Shown here: piece after piece, positions 41,826-55,965 of the stretch | Numbering within the stretch: the first letter of the stretch is position 1 | How the letters are laid out: each line of letters starts with the position of its first letter | Origin: Octopus vulgaris | Lineage: Eukaryota | Length of the DNA: 64,000 nt | Reading direction: 5' to 3' | Assembly (NCBI GenBank): GCA_951406725.2 | Contig: OX597820.1 | Span: forward strand, 40,920,001-40,984,000 | Notes under the pieces: model-generated | What the model saw: the letters and a program-made list of their open reading frames with translations, nothing else | What the model was told of the DNA's origin: nothing | Databases searched by the model: none | Program-made: the position numbers and the translations under genes

Positions 41826-42382
41826 TGTGTGTGTGTGCATACATATACATCATACATGCATACAAACATATATATATATGTATATATTATAAATTCAATG
41901 TTAACTACTAGATATTTAATGTCACAACTATGGTAGAAAATTCAGAATCCACGGGCAAGTAATAGAACAATTCATATGTCCGTACAAATAAGAGATCAGG
42001 AGATAAGATTAATTTATTTAAATTACTTCCATCTCTTAGCTGAAATCAAGTTAACACTAGCCATGTCTTGACTCACTACATTATGTTAGAGATGTCCTTA
42101 TTATTTGTTATGCAGAGTGTGTCACTGGGTACTTTCTTGAATTTTTATATAAAGGAGAGCCAAGACTGCAGGTAAATAGATATAGAAGAAGCGTTAAGGT
42201 GTATAAGCACACACTATACAAACAGACAGACAGACAGACACAGACAGATAAACGATTATGTGATTGGGATAGGATGAATAAATGGATTAATGAATGAATG
42301 AATGAATGAATGAATGGACGGATGGTCGGACAGTCGGATGGATGGACCGTTGTGTGAATGGAAAGCTAGATAGGAAGCTTGT

Positions 42383-42383
<1 letters not shown>

Positions 42384-42459
<76 letters not shown>

Positions 42460-42570
42460 GGATGGATGGATGGATGGATGGATGGATGGATGGATGGATG
42501 GATGGATGGATGGATGGATGGATGGATGGACAAACAGGCAAGCAGGCAAGCAGGCAAGCAGGCAAGCAAA
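42384..42570. repeat. (GATA)n-(GATG)n-(GGCAAGCA)n compound repeat
   Basis: Directly visible. Confidence 0.95.
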
Positions 42571-43274
42571 CAGACGTACTGATAGATCGATAGAGCGGAT
42601 GGAAGGAAGACTGAAAGAGGGGAAGATTCAGTGTTTGAAGGGGAAGATATAAAGACTAGTTTCGCAAGTTGTTGTAGTTTAGCCCGACGTCAGCATTCAC
42701 TCAGCTTATCTTTGATCAAAGGCCGTTACAGTATAAACCATATCGTCTTTTTTTTTTCTGTTCGTGTGCAAAATATATCTAGGATATCAAACATGTCCAG
42801 CATTTTCTAAGAAGTTAAAGTTTTAATTTAACGGAAATTTGGCAGCTACTGCCATCTCGAACGACCACGTAGAAAACCATCCTTGCTTGTGGATGTAAGG
42901 AGACATTTGTAGTAGATAATCTAAGGATTGGTAGCAGGATAACCAAATACATATAGAGATATAGACACGTTGATAAGTCAGATAAGGATCTCGAGCCAAC
43001 AACGTGACCGCTACATTGTCGTTTTATTTGCTAAAGTTAACGACTAACTTTCCACCACGTTTGATTCTACCGTCTTATATAAAGGAAGAAACACTAGAAT
43101 AGATAGTCTTAGGTATGCGATTGTTTCCCACCTCCGACAACAATAACAAATAATGCTTAATACATACACAATACATACGCTTGCACTTACACACACACAC
43201 ACATACACAAGTACACACACACAAGCACAAACACACATGCACAGAAACACACCATATACAATTGCATACTTATA

Positions 43275-43795
43275 TTCAAATTTCGCTGAGGTTGACTTTG
43301 TATTTCATTCTTTCTGGATCAATAAAATAAGTACCAGCTGAGCACTGAGGTCGATGGAATTGTTTACTTCCTTCCCTGTAATTAATGGCCTTGTACCAAA
43401 ATTTGAAAGCAATATATAACAACATTAGGGCGACGAGCTGGCAGAAACGTTAGCACGCCGGGCGAAATGCTTAGCGGTATTTCATCTGCCGTTACGTTCT
43501 GAGTTCAAATTCCGCCGAGGTCGACTTTGCCTTTCATCCTTTCGGGGTCGATTAAATAAGTACCAGTTACGCACTGGGTCGATATAATCGACTTAATCCG
43601 TTTGTCTGTCCTTGTTTGTCCTCTCTGTGTTTAGGCCCTTGTGGGTAGTAAAGAAATAGGTATTTCATCTGTATAGCTGAGTTCAAATTCAGCAGAGGTC
43701 GACTTTGCCCTTCATTCTTTCGGAAGTTGATAAATGCAATCGACTTATTCACATCCTCAACATTGTTGGCCTTGTGTCAAAATTTGAAACCAATA
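43275..43795 (+). mobile_element. Cluster of three SINE family A copies
   Basis: Truncated copy at 43275-43412, full young-looking copy at 43428-43660, and headless older-type copy at 43660-43795. Confidence 0.9.
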
Positions 43796-44251
43796 TACAA
43801 CCACATAGATGGAAGTTATGATCTTATTCCTATCAATAAGATTAAAATGTCCAACTGCAAAATTTCAAGGTGGGCGAAGTTAATCGACGACATCATGGTA
43901 CGTTCATTTTTATTTGAGCACTTTGAGACGTACTGCGAGATTTAAAGTGTGTCTAATGAAATTCGTATGTTGTATTGTTGTGTTTCACTTACTGTGGTAT
44001 ATGTGTTGAGAGTGAAAACTTGGTGAGGACGGAGAAGAAGGAGAAGGAGGAGGAGAAGGAGGTAAAGGGAAAGAGTTGTTTATGAGAGTCAAAGTTCAAA
44101 AGTTATTAGCTACCTCACGAGAACTCTTATAATGGTTATAAATTTGTTCAGTTTATCAAAGTAATCAGATAAAGGGCACATTTTACCGTTATTACCACTC
44201 CAAACATTCTCTGTAATGGCATCGAGTATGTCTGTTAGAATATGTATGTGA

Positions 44252-44312
<61 letters not shown>

Positions 44313-46849
44313 CGTGTGTGTATGTGAGCAAGTACGTGTTTATGAGTTTGTTTATGCGTACGTGATGCTTGCAAAAACGTGCAGCATAGCTCAGCCAGTT
44401 CTTTGTCCAAATCTCAGTTGATATTAAATATGATTTATGATGAATATCTAAACGGCTTTCCCTTCGCCATATCTTCCACCTAACCGGCAGCCAACTAGAC
44501 ATCTATCTACATCCAGACCAACATTGTATTGCTATGTACTGATAGCTATGTACTAATAAGAACAATTTAGTAGCAGCGGTTGGCAGAAAAAGAAAATAAT
44601 AAAAAAAACTATATATCTAATTTGCTTACCTTACCAGTTTTACAGTCGACTAAGTATTATTCTGATGTTATTAGCCCCGAGAGAAGATGCATTGAAACAA
44701 CGTATGATGCAAAGTCCCGCATAAGAGGAATGGGAAATAGACGTGGTTTCTGTCCAACAGAGTAAAGGTGTTTGTGAAACGTAAATATAATCACTATAAA
44801 GATTTGATGTCATGAAGATAATGGGAAGCCTAGCTGGATAGATATTGTTATCAAGAAGAATAGCGGCTGCGTGGTTGCCATTTTAACTTTAGTGGCTACA
44901 AAAATGTAATCCACAATGGAATGACTTAAGCTCAATCCTAACTGGCAACTCAAGGTGAATTACATTTATTTGTCTGATAGCAAAACGAAATCTTGCCTGA
45001 TGCTATAAAAGTACCACACCGGATTAATTCGATTCTAGAATATTAGAAAAATATCCAATTTAGACATGCACTATGTAGTTAAGAATTTCGTATCGCTTCT
45101 ACGTGGTTCCTGGTTCAATTTCAATACGCGGCATCTTGCACAAATGTCTTCTCCACTGCCTCGTGTTGGCCAATAATTTGTGAGTGAAATTTTGTGTTTA
45201 TGTATGTGTTGGCTAGTTTCGAAACGGGTGGAATGTTTTTTTTTTTTTCAAGCTAAAAGATAACTTAGGAATTCCATACAATAGACATCGGTCAATTAAT
45301 ATGACTCAAAATAAGTTCTGCAATCGATATGATAAACGAAAAACCTTTGGGGCAGTGCCTAAAACAATGAAGGAATAAACAAGAATGGTAGGTTGCAACA
45401 AACTAAATTGTGAGACTGTCAGACAAACTAATGGAAGGGTTCCAAATTCATATCACCTCGTAGAAGCTAAGCAATGTATATAATCTTTATAGTGAAAGGT
45501 TCATTTCAGTTTGCAAGAGGAGAACTGCTTTTATGAGAAGTTTTCTTTAAGCATGTAATGTTTGGAATTTCTAGATGCAAAGTGAAAAAGAAACAAGAAA
45601 AGGAGAAACTACGTGAGCATCTTTTCGTATATCAAGAACTAAATTTCTTTTTTAAGATAGTATTCTTTTAATTTGAGGGAAATCAGGTTGCTGTTTCTAA
45701 CAACTCAGGCAACCATGTTGAGGTACCGTCGTTGGTTCCAGCAGTATTATGTTTGTCAGTTATGACATCTTTTAGAACGCCGTAGATGGCAATCGCAATC
45801 GGTCACCCACCTGTAATATCCCTACCTGCTCTCAACAGACTTTAGCACTCAGGAGATTGGTCTACAATTGGTAGACTGATCATGTTACTCCGTTTCACGC
45901 CATTGCATGGACCTTGGATGTTTTTTGCTGAGTCCACTGGAGCAGAACATTTAATCCTTCATCTAGTTTTATACCACCACTTAACCTTTCAGTAACTTTA
46001 ACAGAGCCTAAAGTGATTTTGAAAATTCGAGTCAAGTATCTGACCCAAGAATAACTTCCTCTCACCATCTCGGAGGCCCTGAAAAGATATTTTGAGGGCT
46101 CTAATCTCCTCAACCTGGTGATACCATAAAAATATATATATAAACAGAAAATACGAGCTAATAGGTTTTAGTTTCACTTCACTGCTAAAAAAGAGACAAC
46201 ACAACTTTCTATTTCAGCAGCTCTGTATTCTGTTATATAATACTTAGTTTCATAATTCTAAAGGATCTTTGAGATTAAGAAGTAGCTTCGTTCGTTCAAG
46301 ACCAGAGTATCTGACAGATAACCTTATCCAGATAGCATTCAGACATTGCAACGAACATGGTCTGTAATGTTAGGATGAGAAATTATAATCCTTGCACATT
46401 ATGAAAGAGTCGGTTACAATGATGTACAATACAATTCTCTTATTTTATTATTTGTTAAGGTTATTTCTACAGATCGTCCATAGAAATTATAGCCAGCACT
46501 AATTTTTGCTATTGTGTTTCGTATTCGAGACGTAAGATGTAAACAAACAGTAAGATTGAAAATGAAAAGTGGGTAATGAATGTATATGCCATATTTCAGT
46601 GGGTTTCGCCCCTTCATCGGCACCTATCTAACCCATTAATCATCTTCGAACACATTGCTTAAATAGCTACTACACATAGCGGTGTAAATTATTGGATATA
46701 CCAATTTACATATTAAACGCATTCCTGGAAGTATTGTTATTCTAATATTTTAATACTCTCTTACAGGTTTCGATCAGAGATTTGGGCCATACTAGGACGA
46801 CGCCATTTAGCACAAAAGCTTGTATATTTTAGTCTCCATTTACGGTTCT

Positions 46850-47020
46850 GTCTCCAGGATCTGTCCCGAGGAAGTTGTGAGTTAGACAGAACTGCCTTCT
46901 TTTTTGGGGTTTCTTGCTCTGATGTGGGTTCATCTGGTATATCACATAAAAATATTGTCTGTCTTTTTCTTAATATTTCCACATCCACACCTCGTAGATA
47001 CCTGAGGCCCTTTGACAACA
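46850..47020 (-). mobile_element. LINE ORF2 C-terminal remnant (CR1/L2/Jockey group-like)
   Basis: MLSKGLRYLRGVDVEILRKRQTIFLCDIPDEPTSEQE...AVLSNS resembles the LP..LR......V..FK..LD.FL..IPDEP......A..SNS ORF2 terminus. Confidence 0.55.
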
Positions 47021-47615
47021 TAATGAGAAATTCTCTTTTTTTTATGTTTTTATTTTCCATTTCGACTTTCACTCATTCTCCCCTTATTTCCCCTCTTTCC
47101 CTTCTCTCTCTCTCTTTATCTCTCTTGACAACCACACTGTAAAGTTGACTAGTCATCAATAGCTTGTTATGCTAAGGCCATGTCATCATGTGTACCTGCA
47201 GGACACAATCAGTAAGTACTCTTGTTTGATACCAATTGGTTTTTATTTTTGTTTGTTTTGTTTTCTTTATCCCTCCTTTCATTATCTTTCTCTAATTTTC
47301 TTTCCTACTCTTTCCTCCTCTCCTTTCTCCTCCTTCTCCCCTACTTCCTTCTTTTCATATGTAATAAATAAATTTATTTCTTCATCCGCATGATTGTCAA
47401 CTTATCTCACTTTCACTTATTTTCTCTTCTCCTCTCTCTCTCTTCTTCTTCTTCTTCTTCTTCTTCTCACCTATCTCCTCTCCCTCTCCCTTTCTCTCCC
47501 TTCTGGTACATATGAATTAATTGCCTCTACTTACAACCATGTAAATATATGTATATGTGTGTGTGAATATTTATATATATATACATGTGTGTGTATGTGT
47601 GTATCTATCTATCTA

Positions 47616-47649
<34 letters not shown>

Positions 47650-47672
47650 GTATATATATATATATATATATA

Positions 47673-47731
<59 letters not shown>

Positions 47732-47964
47732 GCGTGTATGCGTGCATGCATGTATGTATACACACACAGAGATATACGCACATACAAACACACACACATA
47801 AACATACTCAACAATAACCAATGAAATGATGCGATGTTTTGTCTTCTGCTTTAATGAACTGTTATTTGTTTATTTCGTTGTTTATCTTCCGCATTGTAGT
47901 AACCACCATGATAGAAGCTTCACTGAAGTTGTCCATCTTATTAATTAATTTGTCGTTGATGTTG

Positions 47965-48009
<45 letters not shown>

Positions 48010-48137
48010 GAGGTGGTAGGGGGCGTTGTTGTTGTTAGAATTGTTATTGCTAGTATTGTTACTGTTGATGGTATTAGTTTTGGGGGTTATTTCTCTGCTA
48101 TTTTTATTGTTGTTGTTGTTGTTGTTGTTGCTGCTGC

Positions 48138-48183
<46 letters not shown>

Positions 48184-48549
48184 GGTAGCATTGCTGTTGT
48201 TGTTTCTGTTTCTGTGTGTATTGCTGTTTCTACCATTGTTGTTGTTGATGATATTGGCGTCAGATTGGTCGCTGCTGGCGTTGCTACTGCTTTTGCTAGA
48301 GTTCTTTCTGCTCTTTGCTTTGCTGTGGTTTGCGGTGTAGTGTAGTTTTAGGTCCAGGTCAACCCCAATCAAGCAGACAGACGCATAATCAAATACATTC
48401 AAGCTGTGACCATCCCGCCATTTTCCTAAAGAGCAGGGAACACAAGACCATATTTTTCAGTGCTTTTCTGAAATTTGGCTGTTAATTTTAGCAGGTCATG
48501 CGTCCATATATGTTCCCTCATTGCCTCAATTGTTGTTGCTGCTGCTGTT

Positions 48550-49051
48550 ACTCTTCTTCTTCTTCTTCTTCTTTTTCTTTTCTTCTTCTTCTTCTTTTTC
48601 TTTTTTCTTCATCTTCTTCTTCTTCTTCTTCTTTTTTCTTTTTCCTTCATCTTCTTCTTCTTCTTCTTCTTTTTCTTTTTTCTTCATCTTCTTTTTTTCT
48701 GCTCTTCATCTCCTCATTTTTCTTCTTCTTCCCCACCTTCTTCTTCCCCTTCTTCTTTTTCTTCATCTTCATCTCTCTCTTCTTTTTCTTCATCTTCTTC
48801 TCTCTCTTCTTCTTCTTTTTCTACTTCTTCCCCTTCTTCTTTTTCTTCATCTTCTTCTCTCTCTTCTTTTTCTTCATCTTCTTCTCTCTCTTCTTCTTCT
48901 TTTTCTAATTCTTCCCCTTCTTCTTCTTCTTCTTCTTCTTCTTCTTCTTCTTCTTCTTCTTCTTCTTCTTCTTCTTCTTCTTCTTCTTCTTCTTCTTCTT
49001 CTTCTTCTTCTTCTTCTTCTTCTTCTTCTTCTTCTTCTTCTTCTTCTTCTT
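48550..49051. repeat. Polypyrimidine (TCT)n tract, ~500 bp, pure in its last ~135 bp
   Basis: Directly visible. It is the source of the poly-S/L/F/R ORFs. Confidence 0.97.
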
Positions 49052-49410
49052 GGCGGTGGTGGGGCTGGTAGCATTGGGGAGGGGGTAACGGTGCTGTTAG
49101 CGTTACTAATATTCAATGTCGGCAGTGATGGTGGATCTGGTGTTGTAAGTTTTGTTGTTGCTGTTATTGCAACTATTGCTGTCGATGTTCTTGTTTCTGT
49201 TACTACTATAACTGCTATTACTGTCGTTGTTAATGCTACTGCTAGTGTTTCGTTCATGCTATGCGTAGATGTAAGATGGAATATTGCTGTAAGGGACAGT
49301 GCATGGAACTGTTACAACGCATCTGCAATATAAAGTTTGTGCAGAATTTTGTCATGTACAACTTAATGTATTTTGATGTTATTGTTGCTGAGTATTGCTG
49401 TTTTATTCAT

Positions 49411-49441
<31 letters not shown>

Positions 49442-49617
49442 TTTTGGTTGTTGTTCGAAACTATAGTGCTTTTATTTTGTCATCTGTAAACACATAAGTT
49501 TCGATTTTGTTTTTGGTACAACTACTACCATTCTTAGTATTACTACGATTACAATACCAACTCCTCCTATCCTCCTCCCCTAATGATGATGATGATGATG
49601 ATAATGAATAAGAATAG

Positions 49618-49832
49618 TGGTTTCAAATTTTGCTACAAATATAGCCATTTTTGGGGAGGTGATGCGTCGATTACATCGACCCCAGTGTTCAATTGGTACT
49701 TAACTTATCGACACCGAAAGGATGAAAGGCAAAGTTAATCTCGACAGTATTTGAACGCAGAACGTAAAAATCAGGAAGAAATTCCACTAGGCATTTTGTC
49801 CAATATGCTAACGATTCTACCAACTCGCCACC
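49618..49832 (-). mobile_element. SINE family A (older tail type)
   Basis: GTCGATTACATCGACCCCAGTG...GAAAGGATGAAAGGCAAAG...GCTAACGATTCTACCAACTCGCCACC. Confidence 0.85.
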
Positions 49833-50299
49833 TTAATGATTTCAGATTTCTGTGCAAGACAAGCATTTTTGAGGCGAGTGGGTTGGTCGATGCAATCAGC
49901 CCTCGCAAGATTTGAACCCAAAACGCTAAGAGCCAGAACAAATGTCGGCTATAAGCACATGTACGCGCACTTATAATCAGAGACGCACGCAGGCACACAC
50001 ATATGGACACACACTGATATTTATGCTTGTGTGCATAGCACCTTGAAAAATGGTCGATTTCCATTGACTCGGGTGATCTGTCAATGTAATATATGTACGT
50101 CTATTTCTTGTACAATAAGTTTTCTTGCATATAAATACTATTAACATCTTCAAATCTTTATTTTATTTTACTTTTCATCTTAGCATTTTACTGTGAGGTG
50201 TGTCAAGGCATTCTACTAATTGATTAAACCCGTCTTACGAAAGGAAACTCTTTGCAGCACCATCTGGTGTGGAGTGTTTAATAAATTGCGATACAAGGA

Positions 50300-50369
<70 letters not shown>

Positions 50370-50791
50370 CACACACGGGTATATATATATATATCCACAC
50401 ACACACATATATATATATAAATATAAGAACAAATATATATACGTGTTCATATATACACCTGTAACGGTGAAACGATTGTTGTCTATTCTTAGCTTTGTTT
50501 TAATCATACTGTCTTTTTACAAATACTACTCTTTGAATCCCTGGAATACTAATTCATTGAAAACTGACAAGTCCTGAACTAATTCCATAGCTCTTACGCT
50601 AGCACCCACCTGTACGCTTACAACAGCCAACTGCAATGTACAACGCCACACTGCACTGAACATATTAAAGTAATATTATTGGACAACAGGTATGTACTCT
50701 ACAGAATTTACCATCGAAAACTGGTGATTAATGATTAATGATGGAAACAAAAGCTATAATGCAATTCAAATGTTAAAATACACAAATATAG

Positions 50792-50853
50792 ACGCAGGAG
50801 TGGTGGTAAGTAGCTTGCTTACCAACCACATGGTTCCGGGTTCAGTCCCACTG
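50792..50853 (+). mobile_element. SINE family B head only
   Basis: GCAGGAGTGGTGGTAAGTAGCTTGCTTACCAACCACATGGTTCCGGGTTCAGTCCCACTG, then an abrupt loss of homology. Confidence 0.8.
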
Positions 50854-51355
50854 AATACCTAGCTTAGGTATTTTAATTCTCGGGTATTAAAATCTCGGGT
50901 ATCAAACACCTTCCATAAAGCTCCCTTTATATTTAGCGCCTTTACTTAATAGCTTAATCCCACACCACAAGAAAGCTGTATAGCCCAAGTTCAGCACCAA
51001 TGATCAGCACCAAGTACATAAGCCCCGATGGCGATACGGAAGCAACAACACAAAGCAATATCACTAAAGCTGAGACGCAGGGAAGGGCTAAATGATGGTT
51101 TAAGTACGTTGGCGTACAAGATTTGTACGAAAATAAGAATTCTTGATAAGAACCACTGCACTAGAAGATAGTCTTTTTCCGTTTTTTTTCTTTCTTGCCT
51201 TATTTATTCACTACCTTTTTTTTTTGTTCTTGAAAATATAACTTGCTAAGCTGTCCATATATACGTGCGTATGTAAATGTGTATATGAGATGACGGAGAG
51301 AGAGAGAGTGCGTGGGTGAGACAGAGAGAGGGGTGGAGTGAGAAAATGGCAGTGT

Positions 51356-51396
<41 letters not shown>

Positions 51397-51578
51397 CGTG
51401 CGTGTGTGTGTTTGTGTGCAGGTATATGTGCGTGCACGTTGTTACGTACTCAGTTTGAGCAGCAAATCAATAGGTTGGGTTCAGATTGTATATTTTGTTG
51501 GTGTGTGTCTTTATTAGCGACATACCTTAAATAAATTAGGAAATGTTATGACAAAAGTAGTATATGTACATACGAAAA

Positions 51579-51618
<40 letters not shown>

Positions 51619-51888
51619 TATATATATGTATGTATAAATACTTATATACATATATATGTACACACACATACATACATACATATATATGTTTGTTTATATA
51701 TATATATATATATATATACTATATACACATATACATTTTTCAAATTTATGCATATGTTATTTTCTATTTGATTCCTTCATTTATACCTTTGAGGTGTGTC
51801 TCGGTATTTTACTAATTGATTAAACCCCTCTTTCGAAAGAAAAGTCCTTGTAGCACCTTGTTAATTGTGCAGAGAGTTTAGTAAATTG

Positions 51889-51921
<33 letters not shown>

Positions 51922-51973
51922 TATACACACACACATGTATGTATGTGTGCAGAAGTGTATGTAAGTATGTGAG

Positions 51974-52059
<86 letters not shown>

Positions 52060-52644
52060 AAAGCATATTATATGTTTGTATGTATCTGCATATGTATGTA
52101 TATATGTATACTGATGTATACATATGTAGCGAGAGAGAAAGAGAGAGAGGGTGAGTTATAGAGGTAACGATAACTAACTAGGCAGATGCGTGTGTGTGCG
52201 TGTGTATATATATATATACACACATACATATATACGTGTATATATATATATATATGTATACACACATACATATTCGCATATACATATATACAAGTATTGC
52301 ATCTGTATATACTTACCAAATAAACAAACATGTACCACAAACAACCATAACTACACACCTCAGGAGGTACATCAGTAGGGGTTTGTTATTGTGGGTTTAT
52401 GTTTGATTTCATCATTGAAAATAATGGGGAATAACATACACATTTGAAAACTGTACTTATATGTATGTATGGCGAACATACACACACACATACAGACACA
52501 TACACACGCACACACACACACAGCATGTGTGCACGTGTTTTTGTGAGGTAGTGTATACTCATATATATATATATATATATATATATACACTTACACATAC
52601 ATACATAAGTACAGACGGACGGAGGGACAGACAGACAGACAAAC

Positions 52645-52726
<82 letters not shown>

Positions 52727-52834
52727 GCGTGGGGAGATACTGCAGTTATTTGTTAGTTCAGTTGCTTAGAGATGGCAGGTTTTCCGAAGGATGAACTACT
52801 GAATTCTACAGCAGTCCAAGCCCAATAACTTAAC

Positions 52835-53099
52835 TATGGTAAGAAACTTGCTTCCCAACCATATGGATCCAGTTTCAGTAAACACTGTGTAGCACCTTGG
52901 GCAAGAGTATTCAACTATAGCCTCGGGCCGACCAAAGCCTTGTGAATGGATTTGGTATATATATATATATAAATATATATATACACACGCACATATATAC
53001 AAATATAGATATACAAATATATATATACATAGATATACAAATATATATATACATAGATATACAAATATATATATATACATCTATACATACATACATACA

Positions 53100-53133
<34 letters not shown>

Positions 53134-53369
53134 CTTATATATGTATGCATGTATTTGTGTCTGTGTTTGTCCTCCATCATCGCTTGGCAACCGATGTTGG
53201 TGTGTTTATGCCCCCGTAACTTAGCGTTTCGGCAAAACAGACCGATATGATAAGTACTAGACTTACAAAGAAAAAGTCCTGGGGTTGATTTGTTCGACTA
53301 AAGGCGTTGTTCCAGCATGGCCGCAGTCAAATGACTAAATCAAAGAAAAGTAAAGTAAAGAAAAGAAAA
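52835..53369 (+). mobile_element. SINE family B with an expanded internal microsatellite
   Basis: The 5' half (52835-52956) and 3' half (53155-53369) match 40408-40774. About 200 bp of TA/CATA repeats lie in the middle. Confidence 0.88.
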
Positions 53370-53679
53370 TCGTCAGATGATGTCTAAACTTCGTCTGAGG
53401 AACTGACTCTAAACCACATACTCCAGTTGGTCTGTTGGCAGTAATGACCAGTTCACTATTCATCCTCACTTTCATACAGTTTGGTTCCTAAGTTTCAGTG
53501 GCAGCAAAGCCTCTTCTATTTTCCCCGATGTGCGAGCAATTGTCTTTCACACTTGTTTTGCTGCAGCCAGAATTGAAAGCGTTTTCCACAGAAATTACGT
53601 TAATAAACGCCATCAGCCAATTTCAACTGAAAATAGCAAAGCTTGCTACATTTGTAATGGCGTTATTAGGCTAGGTCTA

Positions 53680-53892
53680 AGGCGATAAACTGGCAGAACC
53701 GTTAGCACGCCAGGTAAAATGCTTAGCGCCATGTCATACGCCATTACGTTCTGACTTCAAATTCCACCGATGTCGACTTTATCTTTTCTCCTCCTAGGTT
53801 CGATAAAATAAACCTTAGTTAATTACTTGGGCGCATATAATCGACTTGCTACGCCCACGCAATTGCTGGCCTTATGCCAAACTAAGAAACAT
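53680..53892 (+). mobile_element. SINE family A (diverged)
   Basis: GGCGATAAACTGGCAGAACCGTTAGCACGCC...TTCAAATTCCACCGATGTCGACTTT...TTGCTGGCCTT. Confidence 0.8.
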
Positions 53893-54439
53893 TCATTAGA
53901 GTAGGTCTTGTATATACTTGATTGTATCTCTGAGGCTTTGTCGCATACGTTTTGCTATAGGACAAAGAATTCCATGATAATGATCCTCTTTTCTTAGAAA
54001 ATATGACCATCTCAAAACTGGAGTATGCTTTAAAAACTAGTGAAAAATGTCTCTCCTAGATCTCTCCCATCACCTACGACTGCAGACTTCTCTGGCTATT
54101 TTGTAGGTGATTAATAACCATAAACGTTGATTAAGTTGGTGAATGGAGATTTTTCTGAAATGGATCTTACACTTCTGTCTCGTTCACTCCAAGATGTCAC
54201 CCAATGGTCAGAGAATCTTGTCGTAACTCCGTCTGTGTCTTTCTTGCGAATCTTCTGTTATCTTGGTGTCTGTGAGCATATCCACCAAAGAAATGCCTGC
54301 ACAGACAAATACACGCAACACACACACAAACACATATATATGTGTGTATATGTATATGGATGTATGTATGTACGTATGTATGTATATGTACGGACGTATG
54401 TTTGTATCTGTGTGTGTGTAACTGTACATGTAATTGTAC

Positions 54440-54482
<43 letters not shown>

Positions 54483-54583
54483 AATACACATATCTATATG
54501 TATAGACGTATATTGATATAAATATATATATATATGTGTGTGTGTGTGTATGTACATATATATGCATGTGTATATATATATAT

Positions 54584-54669
<86 letters not shown>

Positions 54670-54807
54670 CACAGAAACTGAGAAGGAAATTATAACACCA
54701 ACATGAGAACGATTCAATGAGACAGCGGTAAGATATAAATAAAGCCATTTATAGAAAGAGGCAAGATGAAGAGTGATAAATAGATAGATAGATAGATAGA
54801 TAGATAT

Positions 54808-54897
<90 letters not shown>

Positions 54898-55473
54898 TAA
54901 TAGAGAGATCGAATATAGATTTGATTCCAGAGAAGATACAATTACAGCATAAGCGAGTGTGAGGGGAACATTTTTCAGGAAAATAAATTAATGTTAAAAA
55001 TGTCCATTGTCGCATAGAACGAAGTAGTTCAAAATCTTAAAATAAAGTAATATATATAAATATAAATAAAAGCTATAAAAAAATTTTTGGGAAAAGAAAA
55101 AAAAGAAACATCATAATAAATAACAGTTCAAAAATAAATAAATAAAAATATATTGATTCCCCTCACAATTTTAATTATTCAAGGAAAATATGAGCTTTGG
55201 AGAAAACAATTGCAACAACTATAACGCCAAGAACAACAGTAACAAGAAACACAACGAAATTATAAAATAAAATAAAGAGACCAACTAAAAGAGTACAATG
55301 ACAATAACAATAATAACAAATATAACTAATAACAACAGTGAAAAATAACAAATTACACACAAACCCCTGTAAAAAATAAAAACAAAACGAAATACACAAT
55401 TATAAAAAGAAAAACAATGATAATAATAATAATGATAACAACAACAACAACGATGACAATAATAATAATAATA

Positions 55474-55517
<44 letters not shown>

Positions 55518-55714
55518 TAATATGATTTATAAAATAAGAATAACACAACGAATGTTGAAATATTAAGAAGATAAAATAAATGACGAAGAGACATCAGACA
55601 CGCAAAACAGAAAAATAATCATGTGTTTCTGTGCGTGTACGTGTGCGTATGAGCGTGTGTGTGTATGTGTATACGCGTTTATGTATGCGTATCTGTATAG
55701 AAGCTTATATGCAT

Positions 55715-55787
<73 letters not shown>

Positions 55788-55816
55788 CCAATATGTGTGC
55801 ATAAGTATATGTATGC

Positions 55817-55854
<38 letters not shown>

Positions 55855-55921
55855 GCACACATACATATGTAGATATGCATTTTACATTTGTATCTATATA
55901 TGTAGCGTATATATACATATA

Positions 55922-55965
<44 letters not shown>

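Noticed and set aside
48521-49333. 270-aa Leu/Phe-rich, membrane-like ORF
   Set aside because: A product of the (TCT)n tract.
54127-54240. Possible RT remnant (SRSLQDVTQWSENLV)
   Set aside because: Too short and degenerate to support without a profile search. The same applies to 45895-46113.
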